From assembly GCF_004010195.1 (NCBI RefSeq), contig NC_057755.1, positions 9,215,306-9,279,305 on the forward strand: DNA of 64,000 nt, in the 5' to 3' direction. Under the pieces are notes generated by a model. The model had not been told where the DNA came from and did no database searches. It saw only the letters and a program-made list of their open reading frames with translations. The DNA comes from Chiloscyllium plagiosum. Its lineage: Eukaryota. A program made the translations under genes and the position numbers. This document shows, piece by piece, positions 11,275-22,930 of this stretch. Each line of letters begins with the position of its first letter. Position 1 is the stretch's first letter.

Positions 11275-14265
11275 TAGTGGTGGTGGGGTGGGCGGGAAAT
11301 TTGCTAATGCTCATCTAATGATTTTAAACGAATGCAGTGAGGATGGGTACCTGAATTGTAGTTCCATTGTACAGGAGTTTGAGACTTGTGTTGTCAGAAA
11401 TAGTTTACAAGATTGCGAGGGTGTACCACCAACCAGGTTGTTGGTTTGAAATGTGTGTAATTCAAAGTCAGGAATATTTGGAAAAAAGATGGCTGAACTT
11501 GCAGCATGGTTGCGACTTGGGATTTTGATGTTGTGGCCATTTCAGAGAAATGGCTAGAGGAGGGAAAGGAATGGTTTTTGCAGATTCTGGGATTTGGATG
11601 TTCCAACAAGAACAGTAAAGATGATAAAATGAGGGCGTCTGGCAATGTTAATCAAGGGATGCATTACAGCTGCTGAGATAACGCTTGAGGACTCATTCAA
11701 TGAGGTAGATTGGGCTGACGTTAGAAACAAGAAAGGAGAAGTCACACTGTTGGGAGTTTTCTAATGGCCGCTGAATTTTTCCAGTGATGTAGAAAAAAGA
11801 ATAGCAAAGATAATTCTCGATAGGATCGAGAATAACAGGGTAGTTATTAGGAGGGCATTTAACTTCCCCAATACTAACTGCAAATAATATAGATCAAATT
11901 GTTTAGATGGGTCAGTCTTTGCTCAATATGTGCAGGAGAGTTTTCTGACACAGTATGTAAAAAGGACAACAAAGGGCGATACCATACTGGATTTGGCACA
12001 GGGGAATGAACCCAGTCAGTTGTTAGATTTGGAGGTAGGTGAGCACTTTGGCAATAGTGACCATACTTCGGTTATGTTTACAATAGTAATGGACAGGGAT
12101 AGTGTCCATACGTCAGGGAAAGTGGTATAACTGGTTGAAAGGCAATAGTGATGCGATTAGGCAGGATTTATGATGCATAGGATGTTGAAGAAAACTGCAG
12201 GAGATGGACACATGAAATGTGGAGCTCGTTCAAGAAACAGCTATTGCAGGTCATTGATAAACACGTACCTCTCAGGCAGGGAGGTGGTTGTCGAGAGAGG
12301 GAGCCATGGGTTAAAGAAGAAGTTGAAACTTTCGTCAAGGGGAAGAAGAAGGCTCATGTGAGGATGAGGCGCAAAGGCTCAAATGGGAGATTGAGAATTA
12401 TACGTTAGCCGCAAACGATCTAAAGAGAAGGCCAGTAAGAATCAAGTGGGACGTGAGCAGCTGTTGGTGGATAGAATCAAGGAAAACCCGAAGACCTTCC
12501 ATTGGTATGTCAGGAATAAAAGAAAGACGAGAGTAAGATTGGGGCAATCAAAAATAGTAGTTTAAAGTTGTATGTGGAATCTGAGAACATAGGGAAAGAG
12601 CTTAATTAATACTTTTCGTCAGTATTCCGATTGGAAAAGGGGAGTATTAATAAGAATACGGAGATACAGGTTACAAAATTATGTGGGATTGTGGTTGATA
12701 AAGACAAGATGTTTCCAATTTTGTAAGATCTGAAAATAGATAAGAGCCCTCGGCAGGATGTGATTTATCCTCGGATTCTCTGGGAAGCCAGGGATGAGAT
12801 TGCAGAGCCTTTGGTTTCGATCTTTATGTCATCATTGTCGACAGGAGTAGTGACAGAAGATTGGAGGATAGAAAATGTTGTTCCCTTGTTTAAGAAGTTG
12901 ATTCGGGACAACCCCGGCAATAATAGGCCAGTGAGCCTTCCTTCAGTTGTGGTAAGGTGTTGGAAAAGTTTATTTGAGATAGGATTTACAATCATCTGGA
13001 AAGGAATAATTTTATTAGGGATACGCAACACGGTTTTATGAAGGGTATATCGTGCCTGACTGAACTTATACAATTCTTCGAGAGAGTGACAAATCAGGTG
13101 GACGAAGTTTAAGTGTTTGAAGCGGTTTATATGGACTTCAGCAAGGCGTTTGATAAGGTTCCATATGGTAAGCTGTTGGACAAATTTGGAGTTTTGGTGT
13201 TGAAGATGATAGCGGTTTGTATCAGAAATTGGCTCGGTGAAAGACGACAGATGGTGGTGGTTGATGGGAAATATTCATCCTGGAGCTCAGTTCCAAGTGG
13301 CGTGGTGCAAGGATAGGTATTGGGGCCACTGCAGTTTGTCATTTTTATAAATGATCTGGATGTTGGTGTAGAACGATGGTTTAATAAATTTGCGGATAAC
13401 ATTAAGGGAGGCACAGTTGTAGATCGTGCCAACGGATGTTGTGGGTTACAGAGAGACATAGATAAGATGCAGAGCTGGGCTGAGAAGTTGCAAATGAAGG
13501 TTAATGCGGGAAAGTGTGAGGTAGTTCACTTCGGAAGAAGTAATAGCAATGCACAGTACTGGGTTAATGGCAGAAGTCTTGGCAGTGCAGGTGAACAGAG
13601 CCACCTCGGTGTCCAAGTGTATACATCCCTGGAAGCTGTCACCCAGGTTGATGGGATTGTTTGGAAGGCAAATGTTGTGTTGGCATTCATTAGTTGGGGG
13701 ATTGGCTTTCTGCATCACGAGGTCATGCTTAAGCTGTAAAAGACACTGGTAAGGCCGCACCTGGAGTATTATGTGCAGTTATGGGCACTGCATTACGGGA
13801 AGAATGCGAACGGTTTGGAAAGGGTCCAAATTAGATACACAAGAATGTTGTCTGGTACGGAAGGTAGGTCTTATGAGGAAAGGCTGAGGCAACTGATTCT
13901 GTTTTCATCGGAAAGAAGACGGTTGAGAGTTGACTTAATCAAGATGTATAAGATAAACAGAGGCTAAGATCAGGTGGACAGTGAGAGCCTTTTTCCTCTG
14001 ATGGCGAGGGCTAATGCGCAGAGACATAGCTTTAGGACAGATTTTAGGGGTAGCATCTTCACTCAGAGAATAGTAGGGGTGTTGAACGGTTTGCCTGCAA
14101 CAGTAGTAGACACGTCGATGTTAAGTGCATTTAAGTGGGCATTGACCATACATATAAATAATAATGGAATGGCAGAGGTTAGATGTGCATCATATTATTT
14201 TCGCAGGTCGGTTCAGCATCGAGGGCCGAAGGGAGTGTACTGCGTTGTAATATTCTATGTTCTAA
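10540..14265 (+). mobile_element. Near full-length decayed CR1 LINE (ORF1 SGNH esterase, ORF2 APE-RT)
   Basis: LVIGDSIV (about 10788) and VVVHIDING in ORF1. APE remnants (VAISE, GHFNFP, SDH). RT motifs DWRIENVVPLFKK, YMDFSKAFDKVP, IFINDLD, KFADN. TTCTATGTTCTA 3' tail. Many stops. Confidence 0.93.
11223..11273. repeat. (GT)25 microsatellite inside the CR1
   Basis: Perfect dinucleotide run. Confidence 0.97.
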
Positions 14266-14559
14266 ATACTCTTAATTTTTAGCCCCAAAAAAGCATCAGG
14301 ATATGCATTTTTGTTCAGACACATTATTGTCAATATAAATGTTAAATTATTTCAGTGCAAACACCAATTCAAGATCCCCTTCTCAATTGTTGATTTTTTG
14401 ATGATTACTCAATTTTTGTGAAAAATATTTAGTAGGTCTTTCAATCGTCTCAACGTTTATCAGATCATCTGCACTGTCTGACGTTTCCCATACTCATTCC
14501 TCAACCCTTTTTCTGCACTGTCCTTATCTCACTGAACTGGAAGTCTTGCAGAAGTCGTC

Positions 14560-15990
14560 ATAACTTTTGAGTTACCCAAAATGCTAAATACGATTGACAT
14601 TGTGGATGTAAAGAGAGCATGTTTCCTCATGTTGTTCAATGTCCCCAGAAGGTGCTGGAAATCGGAACCAAACTGACTCAATATAATTGGGAGATAAACG
14701 ATTTTGTGTTAGTAATGGGCCAAAGGGTTATGAAAAGCAGGCAGGAAAATAAGGTTGAGGCCAAGATGAGATCACTTATGATCGTATTGTTTGGAAGAAC
14801 AGGGCTGAAGGACTGATTGACCAATTCCTGCTCCTACTTTTGTGTTCTTATAAAGATTCACTCAGGACTATTTATATCCCTTACTCAGCAAACATCTCTT
14901 TAGAGTAGTTGAACAAGATTTCATTTTTTATGGCTTAAAATACGACAAGCTTATGGTTAGAATTAAGGTTGGCATTAGCCTTAGCCCTATCACTCGAATC
15001 TGAACAGTACCAAATTTGATCCAATTCGCTGAAAGTGAATCTAACCTGATGGAACTTCTGCCCGTGGCCTCACAGTCTTAATGAGTCGCCTCAACCTTAA
15101 GGCGTCTCCTCAAGCTTTCTTGCATCAAAAAGAATGATCCCATTTGTTCCAACTTTATGCGGTGAATAAATATCTTCATATCGGGTGCCAAATCTTTTCT
15201 TGTTCCCTGCACAAAACTGACACAGCTTGACAAATTTGTGGAGGACGGATCATTACAATGGGGCTACAGCACGGATTTTTACATTTGTCCAATTCGTGCT
15301 GACTTATGATTTCCCCTTCATTGTTTCATTTAAATTACGAATTCAGAACAATGAAGTCCACCTAAATTGTCGTACGATGTTGTGTTTTGTTCTAATCGAT
15401 TGATCATTAGAAATAACAAACAGAGAACATCAGTATTGAGGAAGGACGCTCTTTTGGAGGAATTTTCATGGCACTAAAACAAACCAGTGAACGAAATGTA
15501 CAAACCACCCATTGATATTGTGTAGCATGTGCAGCTCTAGAATCTACATAATACGTGGAATTTCATTCTGTAGGATAAGTTCCAGAACAATTTTACTGGA
15601 ATGTTCCCTGGGCTCCAGGGAGATGCTCACGAAAAGAGATTCGTTAAACTGGTATCGCTAGCATTGGAACAGAAAAAAAAAACTTGATTGGGAGAATATT
15701 TGGAAAGTATGAAAATAATAGGGATTCAAGCATGTTGATCAGAGAAAACTTTCGCATTTTTAGAAAGATTAATAATCAAGGGACATTGATGTATGTTAAC
15801 GGCAGAAGACTTGGAGGAAATGAGAATAAAAAAAACTCAAAAAGTTGATGGGAATTCTGAACTCAACACCTAAAGACTGTCACAAGCAGAGCTCCTCATA
15901 ACAATAAAAATATGTGATTTTGTAATGCCAATACACACAAGCATTTTTGACCAAGAGCTGGAAAGTAGTAGGAGAATAGCTAGGTGGTTC
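14560..15990 (+). mobile_element. Old CR1 3' fragments in the intron of GPCR copy 2, shared with 40690-42250
   Basis: Degenerate CR1 C-terminal sequence; colinear with the region after pseudo-exon 40474. Confidence 0.6.
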
Positions 15991-16300
15991 GTTTTGATCA
16001 GTGAAGACTTGATATGCTGATGGTACTTCCCCTGTGCTCTAATCCTCTTTGATTCGACGATGTTCACTAAAACAAATTCATGATGACAACATGAAATTAG
16101 GTTCATCAATGTGTCTGAGATTTGGAGCAGACTCTGATTACTTATTACTGAGCCATTTAAGAAAGTCAGGAACTCTCAATTTTTTTCTTTTTACCCCATA
16201 TAATCATTTTCTTACAACTGATGTTACATTTCTGTGTTGTGTTATTCCAGAATCCAAAAAAAAATTGAGTCAATGCTTTTCTCCTGTGTCTTGTTTACAG

Positions 16301-17097
16301 CGAACATGATAACGATTGTCATTCTTATACGAGGAAACTGTGGCCTCTCGGAGTACATCTATACCTATACGCTTGCAATGGCAACAACAGACATAATAGT
16401 CATAATCATTAATGTCATCTTTAATATCATTCATATTATCACTTTCCATTGTCTTTTCTGTCTCTTGTGCCCATCTGTAAATTTAGTTCCCATATAGTTT
16501 GTCTTGTGCTTGATTTAGCAATGTGGTTTAAAGTCGCCTTCACTTTTGACCGCTTTGTCATTATCTGCTGTCCATTGTTTAAGACACATTATTGTACCGT
16601 GCAAATTGCATCGACGGTTATAACTGTGAGCTGCAACGTCATGCTTAATATAGATATCACCATTTCATTTCAATTATGGTATTTAATGCGTGGATCGTCA
16701 GATATATACTAGTGAGCAGCAAATCCAGAAGACTGCTTTGGAGTCACACAATTGACAATCCATTGTGATGCCCAAAATGAAGAATCGAATAATATACATT
16801 ATTTTGTAGTTTGCCAAATCGGGAAATTTCATTTTATTGTGGATTACAACTGCGATACTCTTTTCAATGACCATACTCACAAATATTAGCGAGGATGCCT
16901 TGGAAATCCAATACACATTGCAGCCGAAACTGGAGGCATGCTGTGACATTCGAGATCCTGTTCAAAAACTTGCGTTGAAAAACACTGCCACAGAAGAAAT
17001 TCAGTGAAAACTTGGTGGGTCTTCTCAAATCATCCCGTGCATTCTTTGCAAAGTTGTTAAATATGAAAGGAAGATGATTGAAAATACCTCTTGGTAG
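16301..17097 (+). pseudogene. GPR139-like GPCR, copy 2, exon 2 pseudogene
   Basis: TTTACAG|CGAAC acceptor, then ANMITIVILIRGNCGLS. After a frameshift, ICKF...FTFDRFVIICCP. TM4-ECL2 deleted near 16635, with several stops and frameshifts. 3' end and 3' flank match copy 3. Confidence 0.88.
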
Positions 17098-19239
17098 ATA
17101 AAACTCGAATTTCACACGTGTTGTGTATACCAGAAGTCTCTGTCTAATCTGCATCAAGATGACTAATGGAGACAAAATAAATTCAATGTTATTCATACTT
17201 GATTGCCTTATCTTCAATGGTTATTTATTGAATCCCGATCCCACAATCTCTGTGGAAATCACAGTCGTAGTTTGACTATTCCACAATCTGTTTTCTTTCT
17301 TTAAACGTACAAATGGAGCTTCGTCCTCTCATGATATTTCTTTAACCACATTGATGAATCAAAAACTGTTTTAAATATTCAACAAAATTAAACTTGAAAT
17401 GTGCTATTCCTTGTACAGAATATTTCATTGTGCAAAGAATTGTTAATCACATGAATAAGGAAGACTACGCTAAATTAGAGAGGAAAACAACATTTTAAAA
17501 CTCGTGAAACGTCAAGAAAATGTGAGTGGTAACGATAATTCCTCAGTCCTAATAATGTTCATATGATATTTTCTGCGGTCAGGCATAAGTTATTTTGCAT
17601 TTCCCGATTGGATTGTGGTCATGTCTACAATTCAGAACAATAGGCTGAGAGATATATGACATCACTAAGGCCAACGTTAGGAAAAAGAAATCCTCCCAGC
17701 CCATGAAGTTTTAATGATAACAGGCAGCATTCAGTTCAGCCAATTTTGCTTGGATGAATCTTTTGGAGAATTTTATCATTCGTGATTTGAATTACATTTT
17801 GCACAGTTTCCACTTCAACTACTTTGCAGTTACACTGCAGAATCTGTCTAATTTCACTTCATAAGTAACACAGCAAGTCCTGTCTCAGACAGCAGTAAAT
17901 GCTGTCGGCATTCAGCAGCTCTGACAGAATCTGTGGAAAGAAAACAGAGTTCGCATTTTGAAATCAGTGACATTAAGAAGTATGCACTCTGAAAATTATA
18001 CATTCTCCACATTTTCATTGTTCAGTTCGTTCAAAATTCATTTCGAATGCCATGTATGTGTTTTATTTCATGTTTGGAGCCGCTTTGCATCGTGCTCTCT
18101 AGTCAGGAGCCAAATGCCTATAATTTCGTTATTGCATTGGTTTGCACCCAGAGGAAGAAGAACCCGAGCAGAATACATGCACATACAGCATAGGATATTG
18201 ACTGCAAAGTTCTACATATATATCATGTTGCTATGGTCTTGCACACGAATGAGACACATGGTGGTTTAACCTGAGTGTCACCACCTCAGGCAAAATGCAA
18301 GTTTAACCTTCATGTTAACTGTATCCAGAACATTAATTGAACCTATTCTGCTGACACGATTCAGCATTGCAGTCCAGCCATTCAGCCAATTCAGATAAAA
18401 TTGCAACTTTCGTAAGCCCATTCATAATAAATTGGTAGTTGCATAGACATTGAACATAGTGCTAAGAAGGCGAATGCATGTTTGTTCACTTTAAAATAGA
18501 GTATTTGCTAAGTATTGAAATAAACTTGGAGTGAATGCTCAGCTGCCCAAATGAAAAGGCTGGAAGACTGGCTGTCCCAAAATAGATAAATTATCAATTG
18601 GAATTCATTAGATTCCTGAGTTTTGATTGCTGTTCTGACAATAATTCAAATCGAACTGATTACTTTAAATTCTGAACAGGACGCTAAGATCCAACCGATA
18701 TTGAATTTACTGTTTTAACAACATTGGAGCAATGACAGGGAACCACGTTGTGGGTGTACAAACCGCTGGCATTTTGAAAATCGCAGAGGAAATGCCACCA
18801 AACAGCAGTACAATTGTGCTAGAGCCAGAAAGCTAACTGCCCGTGTGAAATTTTGTTCTTAAAGGGGTTTGAAGGCACTCCATATCATAGTGTTTCTCTC
18901 CTGTAAAACATGCTTGCATCAAAAAGTAGGAAGAAGACCCGAGGGATATGCAGGCGGAGGACTGAAGATGGTGGAGAAGACACAGAGTGTGCAGATTTGT
19001 CAATAAGTTAAACAATTATGCTATCGGAAGAACATGTTGATAGGATTGTTGTGTTCAGATAGCGGAAAGATTGGTCTTTTTTTAAGACTCGTTTAGTGCT
19101 CTGTTTGGAAATAAATTATTATTTGCTTATTAGTGGAAGTTAGGAGTGCTCAGTAACTCACTCACATTTTAACAGATTATGAGGAGAGTCGAGCTTTTCT
19201 CGGTGTTTTATTTTAATTAAAAGAGAGATTAAACTTCCA

Positions 19240-19535
19240 TGTCATAATAGTATGACAGTACAGCATAGGAATGGCCCTTTAAGCCACGAGGTTGTGCCAA
19301 ACATGACACCATATTTAACAAATCCCTCTGTCCGCAGTGCATCCATATCCCTCCATTCATTGCATATTCATGTGCCTACCCAATATCCTTTCAACAGCAC
19401 TATCGTACGTGCATCCACCGCCATTCTTGGCAGCGCGTCCCAGAAACCCACCAATCTCTGTGCAAAACACTTGACTCCACATCTCGTTTGAACATCCCCC
19501 ACTATAAAATTAAGTGCATGCCCCTTCCCGGGTCT
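19240..19535 (-). mobile_element. CR1 3' fragment
   Basis: Minus strand FAQRLVGFWDALP plus CR1-type tail. Confidence 0.75.
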
Positions 19536-19539
19536 TTGA

Positions 19540-20345
19540 CAAGCTATAGATCGGTTACAGATATGTTCTGAGAAATGGGAGATGGAGTTTAATCTGAGGT
19601 GCTGAGCTTTGGGAGGACATAGGGTAAGGAGCATTATATAGTTAATTGCAGAACCCTGAACAGCTTTGATGTAAAGAGGGAATCTTGTGGTCCAGGTCCA
19701 CAGCTCCATGAAAGTGGCAAAGTAAGTAGAAAATGGATTAATGAAGGAATTTCGCATGCTTGCCTTTCTTGATCAGGGAATTGAGTAGAAAGGGCAAGAT
19801 CGCATGTTGCAGCTTTATAAAGCTTTGGTTAGGTGACACTTACAGAATTGCATTCAGTTGCGGCTCCAGCATTACTGGAAGGATGTGGAGACTTTGAAGA
19901 GGATGCAGAATAAGTTTGCGAGGATGCAACCTCGTTTCCAACGTTTGAGGTGTAAAGTGAATCGAGACAAACTCATGTTGTTTTCTCTGGAATGCCGAAG
20001 GCTGAAGAAAGACGTGATCAAGTCTATAAAATTACGTGTTGCATGGATGCAAGTTGACAGTTCAGAATTTTTCCCACAGTTGAATGCTTAATGCGAGGGT
20101 GCATACATTTAAGGTGAGGTTTTTGACACAGAGATGCTAAGAGTCTGGAACGTGCTACCAGAGATGACGTTCGAGGCAGATAGGACAAGAGTGTTAAGGG
20201 AACTTTAGTTAAGCACATGAATATGCAATGAATGGAGGGCTATGGATCAAGAGCATGCAGAAGGTTTTAGTGTAATTTGGTGTTATGTTCAGCACAACAT
20301 CGTAGGTTGAAATGCCCGTGGCTTCTTCTCTGTTCTATGTTCTTT
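19540..20345 (+). mobile_element. CR1 3' fragment
   Basis: KWEMEFN; KDVETLKRMQNKFARM; TTCTATGTTCT tail. Confidence 0.8.
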
Positions 20346-20631
20346 ACATTACATTACAGTGTGGAAACACGCCCTTCGGCCCAACAAGTCCACACTGGCC
20401 CGCCGAAGCGCAACCCACACATACCCCTACATTTACTCATTACCTAACATTAGGGGCAATTTAGCATGGCCAATTCACCTGACCTGCACATCTTTAGACT
20501 GTGGGAGGAAACCGGAGTGGACACGGGGAGAATGTGCAAACTCCACACAGTCAGTCGCCTGAGGCGGGAATTGAACCCGGGTCTCTGGCGCTGTGAGGCA
20601 GCAGTGCTAACCGTGTGTCACCGTGCCGCCC
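20346..20631 (-). mobile_element. HE1-like tRNA-derived SINE (young)
   Basis: Same head and tail; nearly identical to 39310-39565 and 46849-47040. Confidence 0.9.
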
Positions 20632-22930
20632 ACAACAATCACAGCAAAACAGAAAATCCAATCCAGAACCTTTTGGAACACTAGTTGTCAATGATTTGTA
20701 GCCTGGAAATAAAAAAAAAACCCTTCAACCACAATCCACTGTCGTCTACTGGCAAACCAAATTCTGAACTCAAGTGACAAAGTCACCATGAATTGCCCAC
20801 ATTGTAATCTTCTGGATGAACCTAGCATGAGGAGACTGGGAGAAGAACAAACCAGAGGAGTCGTGGAAGTCATACTTCCCTCCAAGTACTCTCCGACCAC
20901 TTGTGCATCTAGATTCAGAGATGCATCTTCCAAATGCAGGGAGCATACAGTGACTACTTTCCCCTATTCAGAGAACAAACAGTGATATCCTTTTTTATAT
21001 ATATAGTGAAGGCATAACGCTAACTTTGGATTTAATGCAAGTCAAAAATATAACATTCCCACAGTTCGAAAACTCACAACATTCTACATTCCCGCATTAC
21101 GTGTGTTGGTGTTATTATCACTGCAGAGTGAAGTGGTTCAGGTAAGAAAGGTTGTTTGGTGCTTTGTTATTCGGTGACAGGACTGATCTCAAGACACAAT
21201 CGGAAGAATATTATTAACAACAAATTTACTATTATCAGTTAAACTTGCAATATGGCCGAGTCTTCTTCCTCGAGGTAGTATAAACAAGGATATGTCCTTG
21301 GAAAGAAACATTGAAGATATCCACTCTTTGATTATTGTGGTAACACCAAAATACTGTGGTGCATTCGTTTCCATTTACATTGTCCATGCACATGCATAAA
21401 ACATGCAGACAGTCGAGTCAATTAGCAACACTTTCTCAAGTTCCAAGAGGGAAATGATGTTCCAGTGTTATTATGGCTGGATTATTATTTCAAATACCCA
21501 CGCAATGTTCTGATATACCTGTGTTCAAATTCCATCAAGGTCTGAGTTTTTCTTCATCCTTACTGGTAATGAAAGAGCAGTGAAATTTGAACAGAGAATG
21601 AATGGAATTAACAGGTGAGAGAGTTATCATTAAACTTTTGCCTATCTATCTCTAAAGTCATTTCGGGAAGCCACAGACGGATAAGACCAATCCTTATGAA
21701 CCTGTCTACTACCACCCTCTCCCTCAACGTCAGGAAAAAGTCATAAATCCTTTACTATATGAAACAAATCCACATCTCCATTCCCACATGACGAGTCGGC
21801 AACATTAGTGAACTCATAGGATTAAATCAAAACTCATAGGTATTCACGGTCCATCGATATATTCTGTGTCCGTGCTCCTCCGTCCACTTCACATGTTGAA
21901 GGAGCAGCACGTCTAAAGCTTGTGAATTGAAGCAGATCTTTTGGACTTTAATTTAATGTTGTATGAATTTGACCTTGTCCACCCTGGTGAAACAGTGAAA
22001 TTTCAACTTTATTTAGTACTCTGAATATATCACAATGACATCATAAAGCACAACACCATCTCAGTGGGATAAACCTCATCGACTCTTCCATTATCTAAAT
22101 TCTTTTCGCTAAATGTACTGTAGTGTCTCGTCTCCCAGTTTTCCTTGCTAAACAAATTTAAGTTCATTAATAACTCAGCGGAAAATTGCATGAATCACAA
22201 GAGAATTCGTCAAAATCAACTCCTTCTTCCCTGATCATCTTTTATTCCACAGCTTCCCCACTGCATATCTTTGCTGTTCTTCACAGTTCACAGGGAATCC
22301 ATAAATAATGAGGTCAGACAGAGTAGTATGATTGCTTTGTTATTTCACAGTTTAAAGTATTTAGCCTGGCAAGAGGCAAGGATGGATCTTCCTTGTTCTG
22401 ATGTTTCTTGCTATTGTAAGTTTTGATAATCGTGTTACAATACTTGATCCATCGAGATTGCAACGGAGAGGAGAGAAGAGGTGCTGGTGTATTGGCAATT
22501 CACTCGATTGGTAGTCCAACACACCAGGATAATACAGGTGGGAACAAATGTTGACATATTTTTGTCGCAGACTCTGTAGATTTATTTTGATGAAAATCAG
22601 ATATAAACACCTGACCGAGTTTTATACATAAATGGGCGTCACTGGCTGGGCCTCCATTTCATCCCTCATTTCCATTGAACTTGATGGTGAGCTGCCCTCT
22701 TGAACCTCTGCAGTGAACTTGCTCTTCCAGAATGCATTGAGGAAAGGAGTTCCTGGATTTTGGCCGAAATAGATGTCACCACTAGTCATTATTATAAAAT
22801 AAAACAACTGCCTTTTCAGGAAAGAAAAGAAAAGTCCCATCCTTCCCTGATTTGGTCACCGTGTAATTCCAGACACAGCAATATGATTGACAGATTGCTG
22901 CCTCTGGCAGTTAAGAATGGGAGAGGCAAT

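Noticed and set aside
19240..20345. Opposed CR1 pieces suggesting a twin-priming inversion
   Set aside because: Both pieces include a 3' tail and look diverged from each other, so two separate insertions are more likely.
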